A stretch of DNA of 63,440 bases, counting the filler, from Licmophora abbreviata (taxonomy: Eukaryota), in assembly GCA_900291995.1 (NCBI GenBank). It is 8 parts of 8 records of this genome, joined end to end, with 100 filler letters (N's around TTAATTAATTAA, not from the genome) between each part and the next. Parts side by side here need not be neighbours in the genome. Positions count along the whole stretch, not along the records: positions 46,633 to 53,159 come from OLMU01003669.1; positions 53,260 to 54,316 come from OLMU01003671.1; positions 54,417 to 55,854 come from OLMU01003673.1; positions 55,955 to 63,440 come from OLMU01003674.1; 4 more parts are not named here. One strand, written 5' to 3'. The translations under genes and the position numbers were made by a program. Position 1 is the stretch's first letter. Each line of letters begins with the position of its first letter. Shown in pieces: positions 46,933-58,473 of the stretch. The notes below the pieces were generated by a model. That model saw only the letters and a program-made list of their open reading frames with translations. It had not been told where the DNA came from and made no database searches.

Positions 46933-47673
46933 ATGTCCTCCTCTAAATTACTCGTTGCTGCCGTCGTAGGCGCTGGTCCCGGAAATGGAGCTGCATTTGC
47001 CAAGAAATTCTTGCAAGAGGGCTACCACGTTGCCGTCTTGTCGCGCAATCTACAAGCCATGGAGAAACTGGCGAGCGAACTGCAGACTACTAGTAGTACT
47101 GCCAAGATTCGAGGATATGCTTGTGATGTCACTTCCGATGAGGGCGTCAAAAGCGCTTTTCAAAGCATCCAAGCAGACTTGGGCAATGTCAGTACTGTCG
47201 TGTACAATGCAGGATCCGGTGGCTTCAAGCCTTTGGACGACTGGACTCCGGCCGAAGTCACGCAGGCCGCCGACATCAACGCGGCTGGCCTCTTTCGTGT
47301 AGCCCAAGCGTCCTATCCAATGTTGTTGAAACAGAGTGACGACGGTGGGATTGGGAATTTGTTCGTTGTGGGAGCCGGTGCGGCGACGCGAGGACGTCCC
47401 ACTACGATTGGCTTTGCCGCCGGCAAGGCGGCGCAGAGGTCCGTGGCGCAGTCGCTTGCGCGCGCCTGGGGTCCACACAAGATTCATGTCTCCTACATGG
47501 TCATTGATGGTATCATTGAAAGTGACATGACGAAGAATTGGATGCCCGATAAGCCAAAGGAGTTTTGGATGCAGTCGGAGGACCTTGCGAATGCTGTGTA
47601 CAATGTCACGCAGCAAAAGCCGTCGGCATGGACGTTTGAGTTTGATGTTCGGCCCTTTGGAGAGTCGTGGTAG
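46933..47673 (+). CDS. Atypical SDR family NAD(P)-dependent oxidoreductase
   Basis: VVGAGPGNG, VYNAG, FAAGK in place of YxxxK, AQSLARAWGP..IHV...IDG, WTFEFDVRPFGESW. Confidence 0.88.
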   Translation: MSSSKLLVAAVVGAGPGNGAAFAKKFLQEGYHVAVLSRNLQAMEKLASELQTTSSTAKIRGYACDVTSDEGVKSAFQSIQADLGNVSTVVYNAGSGGFKPLDDWTPAEVTQAADINAAGLFRVAQASYPMLLKQSDDGGIGNLFVVGAGAATRGRPTTIGFAAGKAAQRSVAQSLARAWGPHKIHVSYMVIDGIIESDMTKNWMPDKPKEFWMQSEDLANAVYNVTQQKPSAWTFEFDVRPFGESW

Positions 47674-47978
47674 CAACTGAGTATGATACCGGTACGGATT
47701 GAGGTGGTACATTGACTAGCGTAGATGCGAATGAAGGCAACGGTAGCGCGCAGGAGTAGTATCAGGTGAGGTGCTGCATTTGGGACGAGTAGACGTAGCT
47801 ACAACCATGGTCGCTTTGCCGCACTGTTGCGATGGATTTATGAATACGCGTAACAAACAATTCCCTAACGATCGATTAGAGTAATAGAATACGCTGCCCT
47901 GTGCTTGTTGCGTCTCAATCTCTCTCTCTCACTCATTTGCTTGCTTTTTCTGACGCCCGAATGTCGCGACTTACGTCC

Positions 47979-49208
47979 CTAAAAGCAATCGAAGCACAAG
48001 GGAGTAATCGGGTCGACGCCCAAACCAGTGTCGGGGTCGTTCATGTTTGGACAATTCGTGTTCTCAAAGGTACTATTCGTGAACCTAATTGGGACTCCGC
48101 CCCGCATCCTTTCTCCCCACTCACACAGATCTTGCCGGAACAGTGTGGCATTGCGAAAGACATCTCGCATGTTGGTGACTTTCGAGACGTTCCACTTGGC
48201 AAGCGGTTGGTTGAATGCCAAGGCTTCCAGGAACGTATCTCTCAGGCTTCGGACCAATCGGGTGTTCCACTTGTCTAGAGGCTGGTTGAAAGCCCGCGCT
48301 CTGTTGAAAGTGTTCCGCAAGTACCCGACATTCGACATATCCCACTCTTCAATCGGTTGGTTGAACCGAATGGCTACGTGGAACATGTTTCGCATGTCGT
48401 ACACAGTCGAAACGTTCCACTTCTGAAGAGGCTGATTGAAGGCATAGGCTTGTTGGAACATTCCAATCATATCGTACACACTGGAGGTGTCCCAGTCTTC
48501 AATGGGGGAATTGAACTTGGTTGCCTTCATGAACATGGCGTTCATAAATCTGACCTTCGTGACGTTCCAGACTCCAATGGGCTGGTTGAACTTCAACGCA
48601 TTGAAGAACATGCCGTTCATCGAGGTGATATGTGAGACATCCCATCGACTAATATCTTCATTGAACTCTTCATGATTGGCAAACAAGTAGTTGAAGTTTG
48701 TAATGCTGTCGTCAAAACACCAGTCGCCAATCGGCCCGTAGATTGACTCTACGCCGGCAGACCCATAATTTCCCATCATCTTACTCTTCAACAGTACCTC
48801 GTTGAGTTCCTCGAGCGTCTCAAAGCACTTTTTGGGACAATCAGGAGGAGCAGGTCCAGGAAGGATGAACGCATCCGAGGGCGGCAACGGGGCAATGAGG
48901 GGAAGCGCAAATTTACAGCACAAGTATTCGACCGAACTACCCTCATTGTGCAGGGAGTAGCCAACATTGCCGACAGACATAGTTCCACTGGCCATGAGAG
49001 CCGTGTGAGGCGTGCAACTCCCGGTGCAAGATCTCGGAGGATCTCTTGCGAATAGATATTCCCCGCCTGGACAGAAACTCACGTCAGCGACATCGGCCTG
49101 ATCGGGCCCCAAAGAGTGCTCGCTGCGTTGTACGCAGCATGAAGCCTCTGTTGAAACGACTAGGAGGAGGAGGAGGGCAACCGAAATGGGGACGGAGAGC
49201 TTGACCAT
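47979..49208 (-). CDS. Secreted DUF285/BspA-like repeat surface protein with N-terminal Cys-rich segment
   Basis: Signal MVKLSVPISVALLLLLVVSTEA; about 8 25-aa repeats FNQPxxxWNVSxVxxMxxMF; YGPIGDWCF N-cap and C-cap with Cys. Confidence 0.9.
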   Translation of the reverse strand: MVKLSVPISVALLLLLVVSTEASCCVQRSEHSLGPDQADVADVSFCPGGEYLFARDPPRSCTGSCTPHTALMASGTMSVGNVGYSLHNEGSSVEYLCCKFALPLIAPLPPSDAFILPGPAPPDCPKKCFETLEELNEVLLKSKMMGNYGSAGVESIYGPIGDWCFDDSITNFNYLFANHEEFNEDISRWDVSHITSMNGMFFNALKFNQPIGVWNVTKVRFMNAMFMKATKFNSPIEDWDTSSVYDMIGMFQQAYAFNQPLQKWNVSTVYDMRNMFHVAIRFNQPIEEWDMSNVGYLRNTFNRARAFNQPLDKWNTRLVRSLRDTFLEALAFNQPLAKWNVSKVTNMRDVFRNATLFRQDLCEWGERMRGGVPIRFTNSTFENTNCPNMNDPDTGLGVDPITPLCFDCF

Positions 49209-50023
49209 ATTTTTGGCCTGTTTCTTGTGATGATAAGCTTCAGCCTGCTCAATGCTAGTTCTGTGTTTTGTGACTTGATTAGCACCCTCGAGAGGTGAAG
49301 CCCATCGAGTGAGCCGAGTTTCCATTCCCGAGTCGCGCATCCTCATGCCACACCGTCCGCGCTCATGTCTGCTCTCATATTGTACATTATGCCATGCATC
49401 ATCGACCTTGTCTAACTCAATGGACACGTAGCTATCGGAAATGTCAGTCGCGTGATGGTCGAGACGAGTTGATTCACGGATGGCCTCTGCTATTCTGTCA
49501 TGTCATGACATTTTCGGTATGGAAAGTATATTGGATATGCATAAAGAAATGACATTTTGCGTATTACAGAGAGGAGGCGCTCGCTCGGACTGCGACTTCC
49601 TTAGTAGATCAAGGTATATTTCTGAGCAAAGGCATCCGAAACAGCATCCGAGCCATTTTATCGAGCTTCACCTTTATCGCGACCATTTTGCACCACACAG
49701 TTTCGGGAATGCTGCGCGACAGACGCTCGGGCACAGCAAGGGCAGTGATCTGCGATAGCGCATCCTCGTGACTCGACTCGACTCGACTCTCCCTGAACCG
49801 CCCTTTGGATAACGTCGCGCGATGGGATGCTTTTGTGTTTGTTTCGGAGGGCGGTCAAACAGTCCTCCCGTCGTCCGAGTAGAGACGGTCGGACTGATCG
49901 ACACACTCCTGCCCGAAAGGGGCAAGGGGGCATGGTGGCATGGTCAGTGCCGGAGATTGCACTCTGCCGCTGACTTTGACATGCTACTTGCACCATCTGA
50001 CATGCCCTCTGTGATGCCAAAGT

Positions 50024-53000
50024 ATGGAAGGGTCGTGCTCCGAGTCAAGGGATGACCTCGTATCTCGCTTTGACTCGATTTGCACCAATTATGCCGAGAA
50101 CGACGCCATTGTCGACGGATCCACCACAGTTTGCTACGCCGAGCTCCAGTATGCCTCACAGGCCGCTGCCCGGCAACTGTTCTACCGCTTTAGACCTGAC
50201 ATTGTCTTGGTGGACTGTCAGGCCGCTCCAGCAGCAGAATTGGTCGCGATCATGGCATGCATGCGAATCGGCGTGCCGTTCTGTCCCGTCGATGTTCGAC
50301 GACAGCATACCGGCAAGCGTCTTCAAGCGGTAGTCCAAACACTGCGCCGCTCTCCTGAACAGACGAGTGTTCGAATCTGCGCTTTTGTGAGGGCAGAGAG
50401 TGATCAGGACCCGTTTTTGACGTCCTTTGTCGCAGCGGATGTTCACAATTGTCTGCTCGTCAATGAAACTGGAGACCTTCTTGAACCCATGCAAGTACCT
50501 GAGCAACTACCTGTTAGAAGCAGCAGTACACCAGACGATGACTTGTATATTCTCTTTACATCGGGAACATCGAGTGACATGCCAAAGGCCATCGTAGGCT
50601 CGCTTGCTAGTACGTTACGACGATTGGATTGGTTTCAGAAAGAGTATCCAGCTGATGTGAGCACCATTGTTGCTCGGCGAGCCCGGCTGACCTTTGTCGA
50701 TGGCGTTACAGAGCTCTTGTCTGTAACAATGGCACCTGTCGTGTTGTATACAATCAATGCTGCAGCTGGGATGGCTCAAATACAGGACTCCCCTTGCACC
50801 CGTCTCACTTTATTGCCCTCGCAGCTCGCTCAATGGATGATTGTCGTGTCGGACAACCAGCCAAGCTGCTTGGAGCTCATTGTGGTTTCGGGCGAACCTT
50901 GTCCGGTATCGTTGCTCGATAGCTTCAAGCAAAGTACATTCTTTCAGAAGACAGTCCTTCTGAATTTGTATGGACAGACTGAGACCACTGGAGATTGCTG
51001 CTGGGCGCGGCTGACCGGGCCCGGGGCGGACCCTCTCATAAACAACGTCGTCCCCGTCGGTCGACCGTTGCCAGGTGTCGCAATGGAAACAGAAAAGGAT
51101 GACAACGAAATACGAGTATCTGGCTCTTGTCTTTCGAACGGCTTGTACTCTGAAAGAAAGAATCAGCCATGGAGAAATTCGTTTCATACAGGCGACGTGG
51201 GCTTTTGTGTCGACGGATGTTGGTACGTGCAAGGGCGCGTCGACGACGTCTGCAAGATCAATGGTATACTAACAGCGCCATCCGAAGTCGAAACGTGTCT
51301 GCAACAAGTTTTTCAAATCTCCAGTGTCGCAATCATTCTGAACGGCTCAGTCTATGCCGTGGTGGAAGCCATCGATACGGGCTTCTTTTCTAGAACGCAC
51401 ATGAATGAAGTGGCTGGTATACCATGGAATCTTATTCCCAAACAAGTCTTTGCAATCGCAAGCATCCCATCCAGTTCCAGTGGAGCTGGTAAAGTAAATC
51501 GAAACTGGGTAAAGGAACTGATTCGACAACGCCTGCTTGATGAACGTAAGAGTGTACAGAGCGATGAACCCAGTACTACTGGCACTTCTACAGCGACACC
51601 CGACGCACTTTTGTTCCTTCTTTCAATCATACTCAACGTGCCTGTCGCACGGCTTCGAGCCGATCATTCTTCATTTGTCGAACTGGGTGGTGACAGTGCA
51701 CTTGCGGTGACGCTTCTGTACAGGCTCAAGGTCGATGGTGTGCTTTCGGCAGATGAAAATCGCGTCACAGCAAAGGAAATCTTGCTCACCAACAACCTAC
51801 AAGAACTAGGACACTTGATTGATGGAAATCGAAAAGTCAAGAAACAAAAGCTGGATGAGTCCTTGCTTGAAGCGCACAATAGGTTCCGCCCTTTGCCAAT
51901 GGAGCAGGTATCAGAACACACAGATCGCTTCATTTTGCCGCATGTGTCGACGCGACACCATTCGTATACAATAACTTTGTCTTTGGGGCCTGCCAAGGGG
52001 GTGTTGTCCAACGCGTTGACCTGAGCAGCGATCGTTTTTGCAGTGACGATGAGCCATGCTGCTTTCAGCTGGGCGAAAATTGGAAAGTTCAGGCTGGTAT
52101 GATTGTCATAGAAGACGACAAGGAGAAATTGGTCGTATGTGGCTACGACCCGATAGAGGAGACAGGTGTGGTGTTTGCGCTCTGTCTAGATTTGAAGGTA
52201 ATTTGGTGGAAACAAACGTTGGATGGGATGATCAAAACTGCCGCCCACCACCGCGACAAAGTATTATATGTTCTCGCCGGTAAGAACTTCTACATGCTGG
52301 ACTCATCCAGCGGTGAAGTTCAACACTTCCGAGCTGATGAGATGGAACGGAACTTTTTGGCGTTCCCAGCTTCGTCGGAGTCAAATTCTGTTCTTGTACA
52401 ACAATCCATTCGAGCTGATGGCGGCGCCTTCAAGATAGCCTGTGCTTTCTCGGACTGGGACGCCGGCATTTACACTGTCGACTACAATTCTTCAACTTTT
52501 GCCACAGAAAACCTTCTCGTTATTACCTGTCCTATTTATGCGGATCTACTGCTGACAGAAACAGCATCTTCTCCAACTCTCATTGTTGCTGCTGACATTT
52601 CTGGCAACCTGCACGAGGTTGATTTGGACAGATCAGCAGTTCGCAGTTTCAAAGTCGCATCCAGTCCCATCTTTAGTAGTCCGACTCAAGTTTTTGTGGG
52701 AGAAGAGCAGTACATTGTGTTTGGATGCCATGATGGATTCGTATACTGCGTCCACCCTTCCAATTTGGCGAATGTTTTTTGGAAGTACAACGTCGGGGCC
52801 GTTGTATATGCGCGTGCGTGTCCACTCGACAATGGTGAGGTTGCTGTCTGCACAACAGCCGGCGATGTGGTTGTCATTCGAAACGACGGAAGCGAGACAT
52901 GGCGATATAGAGGGATGGACGCCGAGATTTGGTCGGATCCCGTAGAAGTAGCATTTCCGAACCAAGACAAACGGTGCATGGTCTTTGGGGCGAGAGACTC

Positions 53001-53076
53001 CAAGTTGCACTTTGTGGACATCCCATCACACACACGTCATGACACACGAAGAGATGTTCCATTTGAGCGACCCTAG
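50024..53076 (+). CDS. AASDH: AASDH/ACSF4-type NRPS-like enzyme (adenylation - carrier - PQQ-like beta-propeller); apparent frameshift at ~51913-51925
   Basis: YILFTSGT, NLYGQTETTGD, FHTGDVG, GRVDDVCKING; carrier FVELGGDS; shifted frame gives LHFAACVDATP then PIFSSP, FGCHDGFVYC, FGARDSKL. Confidence 0.8.
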
Positions 53077-53259
53077 TTTACTATCTACTAGCTGACTGTG
53101 TTGTTTTGGCGCAATGCGAGTACCGGTACCGGTAAGAGCACGAACCTTCGTTTGAACCCNNNNNNNNNNNNNNNNNNNNNNNNNNNNNNNNNNNNNNNNN
53201 NNNTTAATTAATTAANNNNNNNNNNNNNNNNNNNNNNNNNNNNNNNNNNNNNNNNNNNN

Positions 53260-54316
53260 AGTACGAAAAAATACACGGACCACAAAACGACGAAGAAGGA
53301 GAATCTCCTTCTTCTGCTACTACACTGAGTACAGTTGGAGTCGATGTGGGGACAGTGCACATGATTTGGGCCTATCGTGACAACAGGAAACTGCACACAA
53401 CAAAGACCACCGGGGCGAGACAAGAGACGCCGACCATTGTACCGACTCGTGAGGGTGGACGATACATGTTTAGCGGAGTAGTGGACGATGATGACGAAGT
53501 TTTGGTTGGAACAGCGGCATTGGCCAAGTTTTATGAATTGCAGCACAACAAACCAGCGAAAGTTCAATGGCCCTATCGTCAGCTACGACAGGAGGATGGT
53601 ACTGATACTTTGTCCAAGAGGATTTATCGAGCCCTGTTGAGAGATTCACTCAAGGAAGCTATGGAACGGTACAATGAGACTTTGGTGCGACTGGTCGTGG
53701 CGCTGCCCCCGGCAATCTCATCGTCACAGCAGAATGTCCGCGACCTGTTTGTGGATGCGTTGTCGACCACTGCAAACGAACCGAGCAGCAGCAGCAGCAG
53801 CACAGGGAAAACAACTACCTTCGTTCCGGAGCCAGTCGCGGCCATTTGGGGCGCACAGCAGCTTGCATTGCTACCAGCTTCTCTTCCTGAACCAGTGTTG
53901 GTACTCGACGTGGGTGGGCACACAACGAGTCTAAGCGTGGTCACGAAAGATCTGGTAAATGCCACATTGACGCTAGACAATATCGGAGGCGAAACATTTT
54001 TGGAACAGCTCGTTCAACACGTCTTGCAACAGCATCCCGAATATTCAAATGACGGAATGGCCATACAACGGTTGCATGTTGTTGCCGAGGCTGCCATGGC
54101 CGAATTCAACAACCATACACGGGCTCATCTGCACGTTCCCTACATTGGAATGGATTTTCGAACGAAACAGCCCAAGCATTTGGACCTTCATGTTTCGCGC
54201 AGCGTACTGGAACAGCGTGTCCAGGAAACCGTGTTGGAGCGAGTTCAATCAGAGGTACTGTCGCGTCATATGCCGACTCCCACAGATTGGACGAGTCTTT
54301 GGACCAGCACAGTGAC
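53260..54316 (+). CDS. Divergent Hsp70-like ATPase-domain protein, both ends lost in gaps
   Basis: VGVDVGT, VPEPVAA, LVLDVGGHTTSLS, IGGETF, AIQRL..AEAA..E, VPYI. Confidence 0.75.
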
Positions 54317-54416
54317 NNNNNNNNNNNNNNNNNNNNNNNNNNNNNNNNNNNNNNNNNNNNTTAATTAATTAANNNNNNNNNNNNNNNNNNNNNNNNNNNN
54401 NNNNNNNNNNNNNNNN

Positions 54417-54660
54417 AACTAGTAGTAGTAGTAGTAGTATGGACGAGGAAGTGCGAGCCTATCGAGACTTTTGCAATGTCATGATGGACCCTGTACCGAC
54501 CAGGCGTCCATCTGCGGCCAAGGCGCTGGAACATTCGTTTCTAGTAGGAGTGTTAGAAGAGGAAGGCACTGCGTGTCGGAAGGATGCGTTGACAAAGAGG
54601 GGGTTGGGTGGTATTGTGTCGTCGCTACAACAAGCCAAGCCAGTCCTTCAGGAAGTCTAA
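54417..54660 (+). CDS. C-terminal fragment of a Ser/Thr protein kinase
   Basis: YRDFCNVMMDPVPTRRPSAAKALEHSFL matches subdomain XI; 5' part lies in the gap. Confidence 0.6.
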
Positions 54661-54800
54661 GCGAGTCAGTATAGAGTATGTCTGTGTGAGAGTGCGAGAG
54701 CGTGGACAAGGTACAGTTCACTGTAGCTACTAGTATGATGCAGTTCGTATGTAGTTGTACAGAAGCAATATCTACATATACTTTGATATCGCCTCGTTTA

Positions 54801-56285
54801 TCAGCTAGCAGTGATTGTTGAAATGAAGGATGATGAGTTGTGTTGCTTCTTCAACAGATCGAGGAGCTTTTGCTTCGTCTCTGGCTTGCAGGAATGTGAT
54901 TTTGTGCTGTCGTGTATCATAGATATGTACGACAACAGTGTGGGACATCAAGACAGAACAATAAAAAATACAAAAAAGTACCAGCACAGGACTGAGCTTG
55001 CAAGCACACACACAACCACAATACAAACAGTGCAACATACCATTGTCCAATGAGATTGTCGTGAAGGATCCTCTCGGCGTGCCGCAATAGATACTGCTTT
55101 GTTCTCACTGCACGGTGTTGTCTCACGTGATAGACAGTTTTCAAAAACTCCCAAAACATGGCGTTCGAAGTCGTATCGAATCGCAAGGCCTCCGTCACAT
55201 CGGCCATGCCTGCACTCGTAAACGTTCTTGCTCGAATGGCCTGTGGCTGACTCAGTTCTACCATTCGATGTAAACAACCTGTACGAGCAGTACTATTCAT
55301 CTTGCTGTGGTCGTGGTCGTTGTTGTGACGATTCATATCATCGTCTATCGTACCGCTGCATTCATCAAGACTATATCGCAGCATATGATGTGAGCCTTTG
55401 GGAAGGTCGGAGCGACTCGTGTTTGCGCCACGAGCAAAGGTCAACCCTGCCGTGACACAGATATCCTTGCTGACAAAGTGAAGCAATCCCGATCGATCCG
55501 TACGGTTGCCCAGATGCCATTCAAAGTGTCGGTCCGTACACAGAGCGATCCAGTCAGAAGATGAAAAGGAATTAGGACTCAACTGACGTGCTGCAAGTTC
55601 CCGAATGAGCTCCAGTAGATGCGGGTGGAGACCGTCGTCGACATCCAGGCTCGTTTCGACAAGCATGTTCGTTTTGCTCTTCAGGGATGATCGTTGCAGC
55701 AGTGCTACATCTCCACTCTCCACGAGCTTCGATACGTCGACACTGCTTGATCGCAGATCCAATACGTACTCGTTGCTTCGAATGACGAAAAAGTGCGAGT
55801 ACGGCGACACGAGCGCCAACAGCTTCTGCAACAAGACGGCAGGAATGTCGGGATNNNNNNNNNNNNNNNNNNNNNNNNNNNNNNNNNNNNNNNNNNNNTT
55901 AATTAATTAANNNNNNNNNNNNNNNNNNNNNNNNNNNNNNNNNNNNNNNNNNNNCCAACAGCTTCTGCAACAAGACGGCAGGAATGTCAGGATCGACTAG
56001 AATGATCCAAAGAAAGTCATCGCTGCTCTGATGAATCATGGTCGGAAGGCAAAACGTTTCAAACAGCTCAAGACGGGCACGACCAAGGTCTATCAAGTGG
56101 GCCTGTCGTTGCATAAAGCGCGTCGTTACGACGTGAACAGCAGCAGCATGATGATGTCGCGGGCTTCCTGGAAAAGACGGTCGACCCGCAGAGCGAATTT
56201 CGGGAAGAAACAGGCTCGGAAGGACAACTGTCAGCGTCCATGCGATGCAGGTTGCCAACACAAAGATCAACGTTCTAAGTGGCAT
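54801..56285 (-). CDS. Putative rhamnosyltransferase-like type II membrane glycosyltransferase; intron 55040-54907; continuous across false gap 55855-55954
   Basis: N-terminal TM; TRFMQ...ARLELFETFCLPTM..Q...FLWII..DP; TSLDVDDGL (DxD); spliced end DNLIGQC|TKSHSCK. Confidence 0.7.
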
Positions 56286-56656
56286 GCTGATGACCTGTGA
56301 GCGGCTCTTGAAACTGCTGGAGAACGCCTTCCAAGTCGTCGACCACCATCATGGGCTGGATGTGAAAGGAACCGACTGACGTGAGACGCGACGGCAAGTT
56401 TGAATTTGTGAGAATAGCATGATAGAATCTGCTTATTGACAGAGACATTTCTAACGGTTGATAATGCCGTGTATGAATACTCAATTAGGAGCATGTACAT
56501 AACGGTACCCTCGAGCTACGCGAGCTTTGTTCGCCTTCCAAGTAGTTCTTATTTCAAAGAGCTGCGGTAGAGAGTCAAGCCTATTTCGTCAAAGCGATGT
56601 ACTGTTAGCTCTTTTCATACTACGCAATGGGTTGGCTCCTTAGAAGACAACTCTCT

Positions 56657-58096
56657 TTACTCATCCTCCGAATACGCAAACTTGGTCGAAAAGCTCTGCA
56701 TACTAATGGAACCTCCCGTCTTGCTAAAACCATTGAACGTTCGCTTCCGTTTGGTCTTTTCGTGTCGAAAGTCCTTGCCTCGCACTTGCAGCAATTTCTC
56801 ACTCGCCTTGGCACCAAATCCATCGTTCCCAAACTGACCTTCGTAGCTATTATCCGCCATGGCACCACCATGCTTCATGGCCACTTCGCCCCAGTAGCTG
56901 TCATCGACACGTTGAAAGGGTTTGCCGTTGGACGACAGAGCCTGAGCACCGTCCGTTCCTCGTTTGGTGGTCACTTCTGGACTTGAGGACTTCTTCATCT
57001 TGGACGGAGTCCAGTTGAGTGCTGCTTCCGAAGCTGCTTTGGCCTTCCGCGCTGCTTCGGCCTTTTTGGCACTCAAACGTGTAGCCGCTTCCTCTTCATC
57101 TTCCGAGGACTCCGAATCGTCACTACTGCTCGACGAGCCGTCCTCGGACGACTCGTCGCTCGAACTGGAAACCTCCACACTCGACACATCCGACACTTCC
57201 ACATCACTGACATCACTATCACTATCTTCGGGCGATACCATGTGCGAGGACGAGGCTTTCGCGTCGCTGGCGTCGTCCGCAGCAGCGCGAGCTTTCTTCG
57301 GCGGAGGGGCCGCATGATTGTCATCCGAATCGGACGAATCGCTATCCGAAGACGACGAAGAACCACTCTTCTTGACTTTCTTATTTGAACTTTCGGGTTC
57401 GCTTTCGCTGCTATCTGAAGACGACGCGGAAAAGTCCGAGCTGCTGCTGTCCTGCTTGGCAACTTCCTTTCCGGATTCACTCGACGAGGATGACGATGAG
57501 CTGCTGCTGGAGCTGTCCACCGAGGGTGAAGTTTTCTGCTTATCAACCTCTGATTGACTATCTGATGATGACGAAGAGCTGCTGCTGCTATCACTGTCAG
57601 AAGATGACGAATCCGAGGACGACGGTTTCTCGACCGGAGTAGCAAAGAGACGCTTCTTGACGGGCTCAGTACCCTCATCATCACTGCAGCTGTCACTCTC
57701 CGACGATGACGAAGATTCCTTCTTCTTCTTTGATGCTGCAGCAACGTCCTCATCGGACGACGAATCGCTACTATCATTGCTGTCCTCGTTCGACGCCTTT
57801 GCCTCCGCTTCACTACCAACAGTCGCATCCATCACCACGAGCTTTGAGGCGGCACCATCCTCTTCGCTCAACGAAGGATACACTTCCTTCAGTTCAACTT
57901 CAAGACTTTTGGCACTACTGGTCAATCCAGCCCTCTGCAGTTCTTGAAAAATGGCCGTGGCAAGTTTCTTGTCAATGCTCGATGTTTTCGAATCCTGCAA
58001 TTTTCTACCGGCGTTACTCGTTGATTCCTTTCGAAAGGACTTGGTCGACCGTGCCGCCTTGTGAGCGCCCTTCTTTTTATCCTTGCGGAGGCCCAT
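56657..58096 (-). CDS. SRP40: Nopp140/SRP40-like nucleolar phosphoprotein
   Basis: Alternating acidic Ser tracts and Lys-rich blocks; C-terminal PFQRV..DNSY...FGAKASEKLLQVRGKDFRHEKTKRKR...GGSI. Confidence 0.92.
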   Translation of the reverse strand: MGLRKDKKKGAHKAARSTKSFRKESTSNAGRKLQDSKTSSIDKKLATAIFQELQRAGLTSSAKSLEVELKEVYPSLSEEDGAASKLVVMDATVGSEAEAKASNEDSNDSSDSSSDEDVAAASKKKKESSSSSESDSCSDDEGTEPVKKRLFATPVEKPSSSDSSSSDSDSSSSSSSSSDSQSEVDKQKTSPSVDSSSSSSSSSSSSESGKEVAKQDSSSSDFSASSSDSSESEPESSNKKVKKSGSSSSSDSDSSDSDDNHAAPPPKKARAAADDASDAKASSSHMVSPEDSDSDVSDVEVSDVSSVEVSSSSDESSEDGSSSSSDDSESSEDEEEAATRLSAKKAEAARKAKAASEAALNWTPSKMKKSSSPEVTTKRGTDGAQALSSNGKPFQRVDDSYWGEVAMKHGGAMADNSYEGQFGNDGFGAKASEKLLQVRGKDFRHEKTKRKRTFNGFSKTGGSISMQSFSTKFAYSEDE

Positions 58097-58473
58097 GGTA
58101 ATTAACTAGACCCGTGTACTTCGAAAGCAGCGACAGAAAAGAGTAATCCTTCGGTACAAAGCTGTCAAGGGTAAAACAGAACAAACATTGGAAATAGGAT
58201 GCAGCAAGATGGCGCCCACTTTTTCCTTGGTGTTCGAAAGGGTCCTGAGCTTGGGTTATGGGGTCTCATGAAGAGACATCCAGAATGACTCCATAGCTGG
58301 CAAAATGTCACAATATGTCGTTCAGTTCGTACCTTGCTAGTATCAGGCTACGTATCGAAGGCCCAATAGACATTTCAATTGGTCATTATTACTCCCAAAG
58401 CGCTTTTTGGCCTTTCTTCACCCTGCCCGCATAAAAGCAAATATAAGTATCAAGGTCGATCTGATCATCAACC

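Noticed and set aside
48130..48680. 75-nt periodic repeats resembling a CRISPR-like array
   Set aside because: They are coding DUF285 25-aa repeats; no spacer structure, no cas genes
51908..51923. 16-nt GT...AG micro-intron to explain the AASDH break
   Set aside because: Too short and splicing it does not restore the CVDATP frame
22997..55954. TTAATTAATTAA repeated seven times
   Set aside because: Always centred in N44 blocks; artificial six-frame-stop linker, not biology
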